From NCBI GenBank assembly GCA_903885165.1, contig CAISHO010000084.1, positions 6,813 to 70,812 on the forward strand: DNA of 64,000 nt, read 5' to 3'. The notes beneath the pieces are model-generated. The model was not told the DNA's origin. It searched no databases and saw only the letters and a list, made by a program, of their open reading frames with translations. The translations under genes and the position numbers were made by a program. This document shows positions 33,188 through 43,591 of this stretch, in pieces (the first letter of the stretch is position 1; every line of letters starts with the position of its first letter). Origin of the DNA: an uncultured Nitrosomonadales bacterium. GTDB lineage: Bacteria > Pseudomonadota > Gammaproteobacteria > Burkholderiales > Gallionellaceae.

Positions 33188-34882
33188 ATGAAGCTTAATA
33201 CCCGATTCTTTTTGTTGATGACCTGCATTTTTTTGTTGTTTGCATTGCTGTCCTGGCTGTCCTTCAGTCAAATGGTAGATGAAATCAACCAGCAATGGGC
33301 AAGCCAATTCGCCGAACGCCAAGTATTATTCGACAAGCACCGAACCCTCTCCCCGCTGATCCGCGAAATCCGTATGGCACGCCAAATGGCGGCAGAACCG
33401 GCGCTGATTGAAATGGCCTTGCATGAAGACAATCCTGAAGTGGTACGGCGCGCCACCGAGGTCATGGAAAGCTATCGCTTTAATTTCCGCGATCACAGCT
33501 ATTTTGCCGCCTTTGCCCATAGCGGCAATTACTACTTCAATGACGCAGCAGGGCAATTTTCCGGTAAACAGTTCAGATATACGCTATCCCCCACGGTCAA
33601 AAGCGATTACTGGTTCTATGCCACGCTAAAAGACGGTGCGGAGTATCAGGTCAATCTTGATCCTGACCTTCATCTGGGCGTTGTCAAGGTATGGATCAAT
33701 GTGCTTTTAAAAAAGGGCAATAATGTGCTTGGCGTCATCGGTACAGGGATGGACCTGACCGACTTTCTCAAAGAAAGCGTAGACATTGAGCAACCCGGGA
33801 TACACAACCTTTTTGTCGACAAGAGCATGGCGATTCAACTCTCCTCCGACCCGAAGCTGATCGACTATGCCAGCATTTCAAAAACGGTGGGCGAACGCAC
33901 GAAAATTGACGTGTTACTCAAAAACCCGGCCGATGTCGAACGACTGCGGCAAGCGGCTCGGCGCATAGAGAAAAATCAGGGGGAAAATGTCACCACGATG
34001 TGGGTAAATTTCATGGGCGGATCGCACCTCTTGGCCATCGCCTATCTGCCTGAAATCGGCTGGTATGATCTCACCCTGATGGACGAGAAAAGCCTGACGG
34101 TATTGAACGGTTATACCTGGCTACCGTTCGTTGTCGGCGCACTGTTTCTGCTCGCCTTGCTGGTGGTGGGCTATTTCCTGCACCGCTGGATTTTAAAACC
34201 TATCCATAAACTCCAGTCAGCCACCGAAGAGATACAGCATGGGAATTACGACATTGAACCCCCTCAAGTTGGCAACGGTGAAATCGCCGCGCTATCGAAC
34301 TCCTTCGGTAAAATGGTCCAGTTCGTCCAGCACACCAAGCAGGACCTGGAACGCAAAGTCATCGAGCGCACCGAAGATTTGCACAGACTGACGGAAATCG
34401 ACCCACTGACCGGCTTGCTTAACCGCCGCGGCATGATGGACAGATTTGACAAGGAAATCGCTCGGCAGGCGCGTCAGAATGGCAAATTGGGTCTACTGCT
34501 GCTCGACCTTGATTTATTCAAACAAGTCAACGATATACATGGCCATGCTGCCGGTGATCTGGCGCTGTGTGCCACCGCCAATGTCTTGCATTTGACCAAG
34601 CGCAGCTACGATCATGCCGGGCGCTGGGGTGGAGAGGAATTTTTGTTATTACTACCCGAATGCAGCGAAAAAGATTTGCTGGCCATCGCCGAACGCATAC
34701 GCGAAGCGGTTCAGAGCCTGTGTATCGAAACAGGGGGTCAAACGGTATCCTTTACAGTCAGCATAGGCGCGTACCATGCCAATAGTCCGCAAACGCTGGA
34801 TGCGATGCTGCATCAAGTCGACAAGGCACTGTATGAAGCGAAAGACGCAGGCCGCAATTGCGTGCGCCTGGCTGAGCATTGA
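33188..34882 (+). CDS. Diguanylate cyclase with periplasmic Cache-type sensor and HAMP domain
   Basis: Two TM helices, HAMP (LKPIHKL..EIAAL..F..M), DPLTGLLNRR, RSYD I-site, GGEEF. Confidence 0.93.
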   Translation: MKLNTRFFLLMTCIFLLFALLSWLSFSQMVDEINQQWASQFAERQVLFDKHRTLSPLIREIRMARQMAAEPALIEMALHEDNPEVVRRATEVMESYRFNFRDHSYFAAFAHSGNYYFNDAAGQFSGKQFRYTLSPTVKSDYWFYATLKDGAEYQVNLDPDLHLGVVKVWINVLLKKGNNVLGVIGTGMDLTDFLKESVDIEQPGIHNLFVDKSMAIQLSSDPKLIDYASISKTVGERTKIDVLLKNPADVERLRQAARRIEKNQGENVTTMWVNFMGGSHLLAIAYLPEIGWYDLTLMDEKSLTVLNGYTWLPFVVGALFLLALLVVGYFLHRWILKPIHKLQSATEEIQHGNYDIEPPQVGNGEIAALSNSFGKMVQFVQHTKQDLERKVIERTEDLHRLTEIDPLTGLLNRRGMMDRFDKEIARQARQNGKLGLLLLDLDLFKQVNDIHGHAAGDLALCATANVLHLTKRSYDHAGRWGGEEFLLLLPECSEKDLLAIAERIREAVQSLCIETGGQTVSFTVSIGAYHANSPQTLDAMLHQVDKALYEAKDAGRNCVRLAEH

Positions 34883-34909
34883 CACAGCAGAACACCGGAT
34901 ACGGGGAAG

Positions 34910-35686
34910 TTAAGCTGACCGACTCTTTTTGATCAGATCGTAGGCCAGTTGGATCTCTTTGGCCTGCTCGGTCGCCATCTTGATCATATCTTCAGGCACG
35001 CCCTGCCCCATCAGTTTATCGGGGTGATACTGGCTGATCAGTTTGCGATAAGCGCGTTTAATCACGGCATCGCTGCTGTCTTTAGCAACACCCAGCGCCT
35101 TATAAGCTTCGTTCAACGCATCGACCGGATTAGCTTTTCCAGCTCCCATCTGCGCCTGATTGAGCACCATTTCCAGTATTTGTCTGAAGGCCGCCTCGTC
35201 ATAACCCAGATGAGCGGCGATTTGCTTTAGCAACGCCTGTTCGGCAGGATGGAAGTCTCCGTCTGCGAAGGCCAGCGTAATCAGATAGACCAGCAGCACC
35301 TGCTTCAAATTCCGGGTATTCCCGCACACATCCATAAAACGGTTGCAGGCCGGCACGATATCAAAGGCAGGATCGGTTCCCATCTTGAACCAGTTGATCG
35401 CATCGGCACGATGTTCCGCCGTCATGCCCAGTTTCTGCATGAATGCCTCAACATGATCGATCTCGTCTTGCGTCACCACGCCGTCTGCCTTGGCCAGTTT
35501 ACCCATCAGGATAAACACAGACTCCATAAAAACCGCCTGGCGCAACGCATTCTGCAAGGGATTCATCGCCCCCGCGCCATACGCGCGCAGACGATCGATG
35601 AAGCTACCGAAAAACAACCCTAGCAGCGCGCCGAACAAACCGAGAAAGTAATAACCCGCAATAAAACCGATCAACTTAAACAACAC
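34910..35686 (-). CDS. djlA: Co-chaperone DjlA
   Basis: N-terminal TM, TerB-like domain (AKADGVV), J domain with YHPDKL. Confidence 0.95.
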   Translation of the reverse strand: MLFKLIGFIAGYYFLGLFGALLGLFFGSFIDRLRAYGAGAMNPLQNALRQAVFMESVFILMGKLAKADGVVTQDEIDHVEAFMQKLGMTAEHRADAINWFKMGTDPAFDIVPACNRFMDVCGNTRNLKQVLLVYLITLAFADGDFHPAEQALLKQIAAHLGYDEAAFRQILEMVLNQAQMGAGKANPVDALNEAYKALGVAKDSSDAVIKRAYRKLISQYHPDKLMGQGVPEDMIKMATEQAKEIQLAYDLIKKSRSA

Positions 35687-35715
35687 AGACTCCTGAATAA
35701 ATAATCAATTAAACA

Positions 35716-35741
35716 AAAGGCGACCAGATGATCGCCTTTGT
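35716..35741 (-). terminator. Terminator-like hairpin after purL
   Basis: aaaggcga-8 nt-tcgccttt with an A run. Confidence 0.55.
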
Positions 35742-35757
35742 GTACTTCAAGTTAAGA

Positions 35758-38700
35758 TCAACCCACCCAACGACGTGCGTTCTGGAACATCTTCAGCCAC
35801 GCACCATTTTCCTGCCAGTCAGACGGATGCCATGAATGCTGCACAGCACGGAACACGCGCTCAGGATGCGGCATCATGATGGAGAAACGACCGTCTGGCG
35901 TAGTCAGCCCGGTAATCCCTTGCGGTGAGCCGTTAGGATTCAGCGGATAAGTCTCCGTCGCCGCACCGCGATTGTCCACATAACGCAGCGTCACCAGTTC
36001 TTGCGCTGCTTTAAGCTTTTTAGCGCCGCCGAAATCGGCATACCCTTCACCGTGCGCGACCACGATAGGCATACGACTGCCGGCCATGCCGTCGAACAGG
36101 ATGGATGGTGATGGCTGAATCTCGACCATCACGAAGCGGGCCTCGAACTGCTCTGATCTGTTACGCGAGAAATGCGCCCAGTTTGAAGCACCGGGGATGA
36201 TTTCGTGCAGATTGCTCATCATCTGGCAACCGTTGCATACGCCTAGCGCGAAGGTGTCGGTACGATTGAAAAACGCCTCAAACTCGTCGCGTGCACGACT
36301 GTTTAACAGGATGGATTTCGCCCAACCCTCACCCGCGCCCAGCACATCGCCGTAGGAGAAACCGCCGCAGGCTGCCACGCCCTTGAAATCCGCCAGATTA
36401 ACGCGACCGCTGATGATATCGCTCATGTGCACGTCGACAGAGGCGAAGCCGGCACGGTCAAACGCCGCCGCCATTTCTATCTGACCGTTCACACCCTGCT
36501 CGCGAAGAATCGCCATTTTGGGACGAACACCAGAATTACGGATCGAGGATCGAGGATTGAGCGTCGCGTTCAGATCGTAAGTCAGACTCACGTGCAGACC
36601 GGGGTCCGTCGCATCCAGCAGACGGTCGAATTCAGATTGCGCGCAATCCGGATTGTCGCGCAGCTTTTGCAACTGGTAAGTCATCTCGGACCAGATGCGT
36701 TGCAGATTGACGCCGGTATCGGCATACAGTGTTTCGCTGCCACGCACCACGTTGATCATGCCGGTCTGATTAGGTACGGCGATGTTGTAAGCCGCCAACC
36801 CAGCATCGCGCGCCTGCTGCAGAATAGCGACAGCGTCGCTGCTGCGCACCTGAACCACTGCGCCCAACTCCTCGTTGAACAAGGCTGCCAACGCATCGCC
36901 CGGCAATTCATCCAAGCTGACATCCAAACCAATGTGCGAGGCGAACGACATTTCGCACAAGGACACCAGCGTGCCGCCATCAGAACGATCGTGATAGGCC
37001 AGCAGCGAACCATCGGCATTAAGTGATTGAATTAATTCAAAAAATGATTTTAAAGTTGCAGCGGAATCGACATCAGGCGCGACATTGCCGACCTGTTTGT
37101 AAACCTGCGCCAGTGCGGATCCACCCATACGGTTTTTGCCACAACCCAGATCGATCAGCAACAAAGTCGTATCGGGATCGGCCAGCAGTTGCGGGGTGAG
37201 CGTGCTGCGGGTATCCGAACAAGGTGCGAATGCCGTCACAATCAACGATAAAGGCGAGGTCACCGATTTGTTTTCATCGCCATCCTTCCAGGTCGACTTC
37301 ATCGACATCGAGTCTTTACCGACCGGAATGCCTATCCCTAAGGCAGGGCACAGTTCCATCCCCACCGCATGCACGGTATCAAACAGCGCGGCATCTTCGC
37401 CGTGGTGACCGGCCGCCGCCATCCAGTTCGCCGACAATTTGATGTCGCCGATTTTAGCAATCTTCGCCGCCGCGATATTGGTCAGTGCTTCACCCACTGC
37501 CATACGACCGGAAGCGGCCGCATTCACCAGCGCCAGCGGGGTGCGTTCGCCCAGCGCATACGCTTCACCCAGATGCGTATTGAAACCCATCAAGGTCACG
37601 GCCACATCCGCCACAGGCACCTGCCAGGGACCGACCATCTGATCGCGCGCGGTCATACCGCCCACGGTACGATCGCCGATAGCAATCAAAAAGGTCTTGT
37701 TAGCGACAGAGGGCAGACGCAACACGCGTTCCAGCGACTCTTTCAAGTCCAGCGTCGTGGTATCAAAAGCCTTCAACTGGGGTGTTTCACGCACCACATT
37801 ACGCGTCATCTTGGGCGGCTTGCCGAGCAATACCGACAGCGGCATATCCACCGGATTGTTTTCAAATTCGGTATCGTGCACGATGATCTGATCATCTTCC
37901 ACCGCCACACCGACCACCGCAAACGGACAACGCTCGCGTTCACAGAAGGCGCGGAATTCTTCCAAACGTTCCGGCGCGATCGCCAGCACATAGCGTTCCT
38001 GCGATTCATTGCACCAGATCTGACGAGGTGACATGCCGGTTTCATCCAGCGGGATCTTGCGCAGTTCAAACGCCGCCCCGCGACCGCCGCCATGCACCAA
38101 CTCCGGCAGCGCGTTAGACATACCACCCGCGCCCACGTCGTGGATGGACAGGATAGGATTGTTCTCGCCCAATTGCCAGCAACGATCGATCACTTCCTGG
38201 GCACGGCGCTGCATCTCAGGATTCCCGCGCTGCACCGAGTCGAAGTCCAGATTTTCCGCATTGCTGCCGGTGTCCATACTGGAAGCCGCCCCGCCACCCA
38301 GTCCGATCAGCATACCGGGTCCGCCCAGATGCACCACCAGCGCGCCGATCGGCAGATCGTGTTTATGCGTGTGGATCGCCGAAATACTGCCCAAACCACC
38401 CGCCAGCATGATGGGCTTATGATAGCCGCGCATCTCGCCTGCGACATTTTCTTCAAAGGTGCGGAAATAGCCGGTCAGATTCGGGCGTCCAAACTCGTTA
38501 TTGAACGCCGCGCCGCCTAAAGGGCCGTCCAGCATGATCTGCAACGCGGTGACAATACGCGAAGGCTTGCCGTACTGATTCGAAACCTTCTCCCCCGCCC
38601 CCTCTCCCGCTTGCGGGCGAGGGGAATAATTTTCCCAGGGCTGCTCGAACCCGGGAATATTCAGATTGGACACAGAGAATCCGGTCAAGCCCGCTTTAGG

Positions 38701-39693
38701 ACGTGAGCCGATACCGGTCGCGCCCTCATCGCGTATCTCGCCTCCTGATCCGGTTGCCGCCCCCGCAAAAGGCGCAATCGCAGTCGGATGGTTATGCGTC
38801 TCCACCTTCATCAGCGTGTGCGTCAGTTCTTCGGAAAATTCATACGCGCCGCCGGCACGGGGATAAAAACGCTCGACCGACGCACCTTCGATCACCGAAG
38901 AGTTATCGGAATACGCCACCACCGTACCGGTCGGGCTGACCTTATGGGTGTTGCGTATCATGCCGAACAGCGACATATCCTCTACCTGCCCGTCGATCAC
39001 CCAATCGGCGTTAAAAATCTTGTGGCGGCAATGCTCGGAATTGGCCTGAGCGAACATCATCAACTCGACATCGGTCGGATTGCGCGCCAGTTTCTTGAAG
39101 TTTTCTACCAGATAGTCGATCTCATCGATCGACAAGGCCAGCCCCATCTCGCGGTTAGCGGCGGATAACGCCTCTGCGCCTCCCTGCAAAATATCAACCG
39201 ATTCAAGTGGTTGCGGCTCGCCATGACGGAATATTTTATCCGCTGCGGTGGCGATATCGGCCAATACCGATTCGGTCATTCTGTCATGCAGCAACGGCAA
39301 TACGGCAGCCTTTTCCGCTTCGGAAAGTTTCGCGCCGTTTTTACCGGACAAGTAATACTGGACACCGCGTTCGATACGCACAACGCCGGTCAGACCGCAA
39401 TGCTGCGCGATATCGGTCGCCTTGGTGGACCAGGGAGAAATGGTGCCCAGACGCGGCACGACCAGCACGCGAGTCAACTCAACCGAAGGTTCAGCAATCG
39501 TTTTGGCCAGTCCCAGCACACGGTCCAGCAAACCTGCCTGAGCCTTGTCCAGTCGATTGACGCTCAACGCGCTGAAGTAACAGTAACGGGTATCAACAAC
39601 GGCGACATGGGGTGCAACGGCAGAAATCGCGGCGCACAATTTTTCCAAACGGAAAGCGGATAAGGCGGAACTACCGACAGAGACTTTAAACAT
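35758..39693 (-). CDS. purL: Phosphoribosylformylglycinamidine synthase (large PurL)
   Basis: [34 protein letters not shown]; ATG 39693. Confidence 0.98.
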   Translation of the reverse strand: MFKVSVGSSALSAFRLEKLCAAISAVAPHVAVVDTRYCYFSALSVNRLDKAQAGLLDRVLGLAKTIAEPSVELTRVLVVPRLGTISPWSTKATDIAQHCGLTGVVRIERGVQYYLSGKNGAKLSEAEKAAVLPLLHDRMTESVLADIATAADKIFRHGEPQPLESVDILQGGAEALSAANREMGLALSIDEIDYLVENFKKLARNPTDVELMMFAQANSEHCRHKIFNADWVIDGQVEDMSLFGMIRNTHKVSPTGTVVAYSDNSSVIEGASVERFYPRAGGAYEFSEELTHTLMKVETHNHPTAIAPFAGAATGSGGEIRDEGATGIGSRPKAGLTGFSVSNLNIPGFEQPWENYSPRPQAGEGAGEKVSNQYGKPSRIVTALQIMLDGPLGGAAFNNEFGRPNLTGYFRTFEENVAGEMRGYHKPIMLAGGLGSISAIHTHKHDLPIGALVVHLGGPGMLIGLGGGAASSMDTGSNAENLDFDSVQRGNPEMQRRAQEVIDRCWQLGENNPILSIHDVGAGGMSNALPELVHGGGRGAAFELRKIPLDETGMSPRQIWCNESQERYVLAIAPERLEEFRAFCERERCPFAVVGVAVEDDQIIVHDTEFENNPVDMPLSVLLGKPPKMTRNVVRETPQLKAFDTTTLDLKESLERVLRLPSVANKTFLIAIGDRTVGGMTARDQMVGPWQVPVADVAVTLMGFNTHLGEAYALGERTPLALVNAAASGRMAVGEALTNIAAAKIAKIGDIKLSANWMAAAGHHGEDAALFDTVHAVGMELCPALGIGIPVGKDSMSMKSTWKDGDENKSVTSPLSLIVTAFAPCSDTRSTLTPQLLADPDTTLLLIDLGCGKNRMGGSALAQVYKQVGNVAPDVDSAATLKSFFELIQSLNADGSLLAYHDRSDGGTLVSLCEMSFASHIGLDVSLDELPGDALAALFNEELGAVVQVRSSDAVAILQQARDAGLAAYNIAVPNQTGMINVVRGSETLYADTGVNLQRIWSEMTYQLQKLRDNPDCAQSEFDRLLDATDPGLHVSLTYDLNATLNPRSSIRNSGVRPKMAILREQGVNGQIEMAAAFDRAGFASVDVHMSDIISGRVNLADFKGVAACGGFSYGDVLGAGEGWAKSILLNSRARDEFEAFFNRTDTFALGVCNGCQMMSNLHEIIPGASNWAHFSRNRSEQFEARFVMVEIQPSPSILFDGMAGSRMPIVVAHGEGYADFGGAKKLKAAQELVTLRYVDNRGAATETYPLNPNGSPQGITGLTTPDGRFSIMMPHPERVFRAVQHSWHPSDWQENGAWLKMFQNARRWVG
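36534..36561. repeat. Heptamer array in frame in purL
   Basis: gatcgag-gatcgag-gattgag, encoding LNPRSSIRN. Confidence 0.7.
38587..38624. repeat. CCCTCTCCCGC..GCGGG.GAGGG palindromic element in frame in purL
   Basis: cctctcccgc-tt-gcgggcgagggg, encoding [13 protein letters not shown]. Confidence 0.75.
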
Positions 39694-39762
39694 GGCGGGT
39701 GAGAATAAAATTCGGGACGCGATTATACTATGCCACGCGCCATTTAATTTAGCGAACCCGTT

Positions 39763-40602
39763 ATGAACCCACTCAGCATCACACAACAACAAGTGACAAA
39801 GTATCTGCCTGAACGACCGCGTGACAGCCACAAAGGTCTATTCGGCAGCGTCTGCGTCATCGGTGGGGCCCCTGGTATGACCGGTGCTGCACTGCTGGCA
39901 GGACGCGCTGCCCTCAAACTGGGCGCTGGCTGCGTCCATGTGGGCTTGCTAAGCGACAACCCGCCCACTGTCGACTACACTCAGCCCGAACTGATGCTGC
40001 ACAATGCAAAAACCGCGATGCAACTCCCCGGCGTCACCGTGTTGGCCATCGGTTGCGGGATGGGACAGGCACCGCCGGGACTGTTACTAGAAGCGATACA
40101 GACCGACGCTGCGCTGGTGCTCGACGCGGATGTTCTCAACATTCTGGCACAACGCCCTGATCTGGGACGACGACTGAACGCAACGAACCGCGCGATCGTG
40201 CTCACACCGCATCCAGGCGAGGCGGCACGACTACTCGCTTGCAGCACAGAAGAAATACAAGCAGACCGCATCAATGCGGTGCAACAACTGGCACAAAGAT
40301 ATGGCTGCGCCGTGGTATTGAAGGGCGCCGACAGCCTGTGTGCCACCAGCGAGGGATTATTTATCAATCACACCGGCAACCCCGGCATGAGCGCGCCCGG
40401 CATGGGCGATGTGCTCACCGGCATGATCGCCGCCTTTCTCGCCCAGGGCTTAACTGCCGATCACGCCTTGCTGCTAGCCGTCCACCTGCACGGCGCGGCG
40501 GGCGACGAACTGGCCAAATTCAAAATCGCCATCGGCATGACCGCAACCGAAGTTACCGACATGGCACGCCGACTCTTAAATAACTGGATAGCTCAACCGT
40601 AG
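39763..40602 (+). CDS. nnrD: ADP-dependent NAD(P)H-hydrate dehydratase (stand-alone domain)
   Basis: [36 protein letters not shown]. Confidence 0.92.
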   Translation: MNPLSITQQQVTKYLPERPRDSHKGLFGSVCVIGGAPGMTGAALLAGRAALKLGAGCVHVGLLSDNPPTVDYTQPELMLHNAKTAMQLPGVTVLAIGCGMGQAPPGLLLEAIQTDAALVLDADVLNILAQRPDLGRRLNATNRAIVLTPHPGEAARLLACSTEEIQADRINAVQQLAQRYGCAVVLKGADSLCATSEGLFINHTGNPGMSAPGMGDVLTGMIAAFLAQGLTADHALLLAVHLHGAAGDELAKFKIAIGMTATEVTDMARRLLNNWIAQP

Positions 40603-40638
40603 CACAGAGCGATTCCACCCTACCCAAACAGCAAAAAT

Positions 40639-41394
40639 ATGACGACACCTATCGATATCTCTGAACAAGACGGCGTGCGCTACCTGCACTTCGGCTCCAC
40701 CTGGGTCCAAGGCGCGATGCGCATCAATCGTCCATGGAATCTGGAACTGGAATACACCCGCGAAATGATGGCCTCCTTACTGTTGCGCGACGAGGCACGC
40801 TGGCCGCGCCGCGTACTGCTGATCGGCTTAGGCGCAGCCTCGCTGACCAAATTTCTCTATCGCTACCGGCCACTCGCGCATCTTACCATCGTGGAAATTG
40901 AACCCGATGTCGTCGCTGCCGCCCGTCACTTCTTCAAACTACCCGAAGACGACAAACGCATCCACATGGTGGTGGACGACGGCGCAGAGTTCGTGCTCTC
41001 GACCAACAAGAAATTCGATTTAATCCTAGTGGATGGCTTCAATGAACACGCCCATCCCGGCCAACTCAATTCGCTGCCTTTCTATCAGGCCTGCCGCAGT
41101 TGTTTAAACGATCAGGGCGTGATGGCGGTCAACCTGCTAGGACTGTGCAAGGGTGTACTGGGCGGCTTCACACATATTCTCACCGCGTTCGACGAACGAG
41201 CGCTGCTGTTCCCGTCCTGCAAGAGCGGCAACACCATTGCCTTTGCCACCGAGGGTGAACGCATTAACATCAGCCTGGATGACCTGAAGGACCGTGTCGC
41301 CACACTCAAAGAGGAAACAGGAATGAATCTCTCGACGACCTTGGACCGCCTCATCGAATCAGGTCTCTGCAAAGACAACAGCTTGAGTATCTGA
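40639..41394 (+). CDS. Spermidine-synthase-like methyltransferase
   Basis: VRYLHFGSTWVQGAM, LLIGLGAAS, VEIEP, FDLILVDGF. Confidence 0.85.
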   Translation: MTTPIDISEQDGVRYLHFGSTWVQGAMRINRPWNLELEYTREMMASLLLRDEARWPRRVLLIGLGAASLTKFLYRYRPLAHLTIVEIEPDVVAAARHFFKLPEDDKRIHMVVDDGAEFVLSTNKKFDLILVDGFNEHAHPGQLNSLPFYQACRSCLNDQGVMAVNLLGLCKGVLGGFTHILTAFDERALLFPSCKSGNTIAFATEGERINISLDDLKDRVATLKEETGMNLSTTLDRLIESGLCKDNSLSI

Positions 41395-41405
41395 CGGAGA
41401 ACACA

Positions 41406-41972
41406 ATGAACTCATTGATTTTATTAGCATTAACGTCTGTCACACTGATCTATGCCATCAGTCTCTACAATCGTCTGGTGAATATCAAACACGCGGTTAG
41501 CCGAGCGTGGGCGAATATCGACGTGCTGCTCAAGCAGCGCCATGACGAACTGCCTAAACTGGTCGAGGTGTGCAAACAATACAAGGAATTTGAACAGTCC
41601 ACCTTGCAGAAGGTCATCGCCGCTCGTACTCAGGTGCAGACTGCGCGGGAGAGCCAGAATATCGAATCGCTGGGTCAGGCGGAAGGCCAGTTGCGTGCGG
41701 GGTTGGGCAGTTTGTTTGCGGTCGCGGAAGCCTATCCTGCACTCAAAGCTGATGAAAACTTCATGCAATTGCAGACGCGCATCACCGGACTTGAAAACGG
41801 CATCGCGGATCGACGCGAGTTGTATAACGAATCGGTCAATATCTACAACGTCGGCATAGAGCAATTTCCCGCCGCACTGATCGCCAATATGTTCCACTAC
41901 GAAGCACGGTCGTCACTGGATTTTTCCAGCAGCGAGAAGGCCGATGTAGACGTCAAATCGCTGTTCGGCTAA
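41406..41972 (+). CDS. lemA: LemA family protein
   Basis: YNRLV..WANIDVLLKQRHDELPKLV, AEAYPALKADENF, RELYNESV. Confidence 0.95.
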   Translation: MNSLILLALTSVTLIYAISLYNRLVNIKHAVSRAWANIDVLLKQRHDELPKLVEVCKQYKEFEQSTLQKVIAARTQVQTARESQNIESLGQAEGQLRAGLGSLFAVAEAYPALKADENFMQLQTRITGLENGIADRRELYNESVNIYNVGIEQFPAALIANMFHYEARSSLDFSSSEKADVDVKSLFG

Positions 41973-41978
41973 TTTTTC

Positions 41979-42878
41979 ATGCTGGCCTCGCTGCGCCGCA
42001 GTTATGCGATGCTGGTCACCTCATGCGCACAACTGTTACTGCTGTTTGTCGGTTTCCAGCTCGGCACTCGCAACGCCTGGTTGACAAGTCTTGGACTGAT
42101 GGCCACGATCAGCCTTTCCGCTTGGCTCTCCGCGCTCAAACGACTGCGCGCGGTACGTGACACACCCACATCGAAAGTAGCTTCCGCAGCACAAGGCTAT
42201 GTGGAACTGACCGGGCGTGGCGCGGCATTCGGCGATACGCCCTTGTATAGCAAACTCAAGCTGCGCCCATGCCTGTGGTATCGCTACGAAATTGAACGGC
42301 GCGATTCGGAAAAAGACTGGAAAACCGAGGATAGCGGCGAGAGTTTTGATTCATTTCTATTACGGGACGAGAGTGGCGTGTGCGTGATTGATCCGGAGCA
42401 GGCGGAAATTTCCACCCGTCACAAGGAATGCTGGGCAATAGATGATCATCGCTACACCGAATGGACGCTGGATCTGGAGGACAGGTTGTATGTGATCGGC
42501 GAATTTCGCACCAAAAATTGCGCGCTCGAATTTGACAGTCGCGTTGAACTTAACGAGTTACTGGCCGAATGGAAGAAGGACATGCCTGCGCTGCACCGTC
42601 GTTTTGATCTAAACAACGACGGCGAACTCGATGAAAAAGAATGGGCGCTGGCGCGTCAGGCCGCCAAACGTGTTGTGGCAAAAAACCAGCGGGAAATTGA
42701 AGCTAATACTGATATGCATCTGATAGGAAGACCACGCAACGGCAAACCGTTTTTAATCAGCAACCTTGCACCGGAAAAATTATCGCAACGCTATTTGTTG
42801 TGGAGCTGGGCACACCTGATAATTCTTTTAGGTGCCCTGATCGGGTTGGGGCGGGTATGGCAAAGTGACGGATTTTAA
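41979..42878 (+). CDS. GIDE (E3-ligase-like) domain membrane protein with EF-hand
   Basis: DTPTSKVASAAQGYVELTG, CLWYRY, F.LRDESG...IDP; EF loop DLNNDGELDEKE. Confidence 0.75.
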   Translation: MLASLRRSYAMLVTSCAQLLLLFVGFQLGTRNAWLTSLGLMATISLSAWLSALKRLRAVRDTPTSKVASAAQGYVELTGRGAAFGDTPLYSKLKLRPCLWYRYEIERRDSEKDWKTEDSGESFDSFLLRDESGVCVIDPEQAEISTRHKECWAIDDHRYTEWTLDLEDRLYVIGEFRTKNCALEFDSRVELNELLAEWKKDMPALHRRFDLNNDGELDEKEWALARQAAKRVVAKNQREIEANTDMHLIGRPRNGKPFLISNLAPEKLSQRYLLWSWAHLIILLGALIGLGRVWQSDGF

Positions 42879-42896
42879 TAACAACGAGGGGCAGGA

Positions 42897-42930
42897 ACGA
42901 GACGTATATGGAGCTCCACATAAGTCTCGT
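42897..42930. repeat. 34-bp near-perfect palindrome
   Basis: ACGAGACGTATATGGAGCTCCACATAAGTCTCGT, two mismatched pairs. Confidence 0.8.
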
Positions 42931-42948
42931 AAACGGAATTTCGCCATT

Positions 42949-43440
42949 GTTAAGGGTTGTCGGATAGCGGCCCTTAAACAGCGAGCTGTCAGGATACAAC
43001 AAAACGCTGCGGACAGGTGTCGGGCAAGCCCCGAGGGACGAAACGGCGTGATGTTAGCGATGCCTGTCAGACTCGACAACGGACTATGGGGATTTGAATG
43101 TTTACTCTGCCGCTAGTCAGGACGAGCGCGTCGCTTTGAGTGAGATCGGCGAGATCCCTTGGTCGACCAGACGCAGTTGGTAACATCGCAAATCTTCGAC
43201 GGTCGCAGTGTCGGGTGAGCGTCCCAGCCAGCCATAAAACCGGCTGACGGTGCGGAGATAACCGCTTTGGGTCTTGGGGGGAGAGTTTGCGCATCCGCAT
43301 TTCATCGAGAAAGCGTTGGCGCAACGGAGAAATCGTTTCAATCGTTGAGTTCATGATCCTCCTCCTTGTCGAAAAGCGAGGCGGATTGCCTCGCTTTTCA
43401 ATATGGGGAACAAATTCTTTCAGTCAAGCAACGACACACG
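42949..43440 (-). mobile_element. Internally deleted IS91-type (tyrosine recombinase + HUH transposase) element remnant
   Basis: Integrase N-terminal fragment, a 12-bp hairpin upstream of it, and a distal end ...ATCCGACAACCCTTAAC; end assignment from recalled similarity. Confidence 0.6.
43125..43354 (-). pseudogene. Frameshifted, truncated phage-integrase N-terminal SAM-like domain
   Basis: SPLRQRFLDEMRMRKLSP then a +1 shift in a C6 run (43276-43281) to KTQSGYLRTVSRFYGWLGRSPDTATVEDLRCYQL; homology stops at ISLKAT. Confidence 0.85.
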
Positions 43441-43591
43441 TAAAACCAACCTCAGGCGTAGGATCGAAGCGCCCATACCGCGAAGCGCTTTAGTCCACCA
43501 TCACTAAGCAGTCATTCGCACCAACTTGAAATACCGCACAAACACTAGGATTATGATTAGCAAAAAATAAAACAATAAGTTACAAAACGCT

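Noticed and set aside
35758-39831. Long N-terminal extensions given by the ORF track for purL, cdsA, uppS, dapD, hpnC, thrS and pheT
   Set aside because: Homology starts at downstream starts; the extensions overlap neighbours, promoters or repeat DNA
43441-43590. Possible tRNA or att remnant, or P4-integrase fragment (LSDGGL), between the IS remnant and queG
   Set aside because: No cloverleaf or tRNA 3' end; the peptide similarity is too short to support
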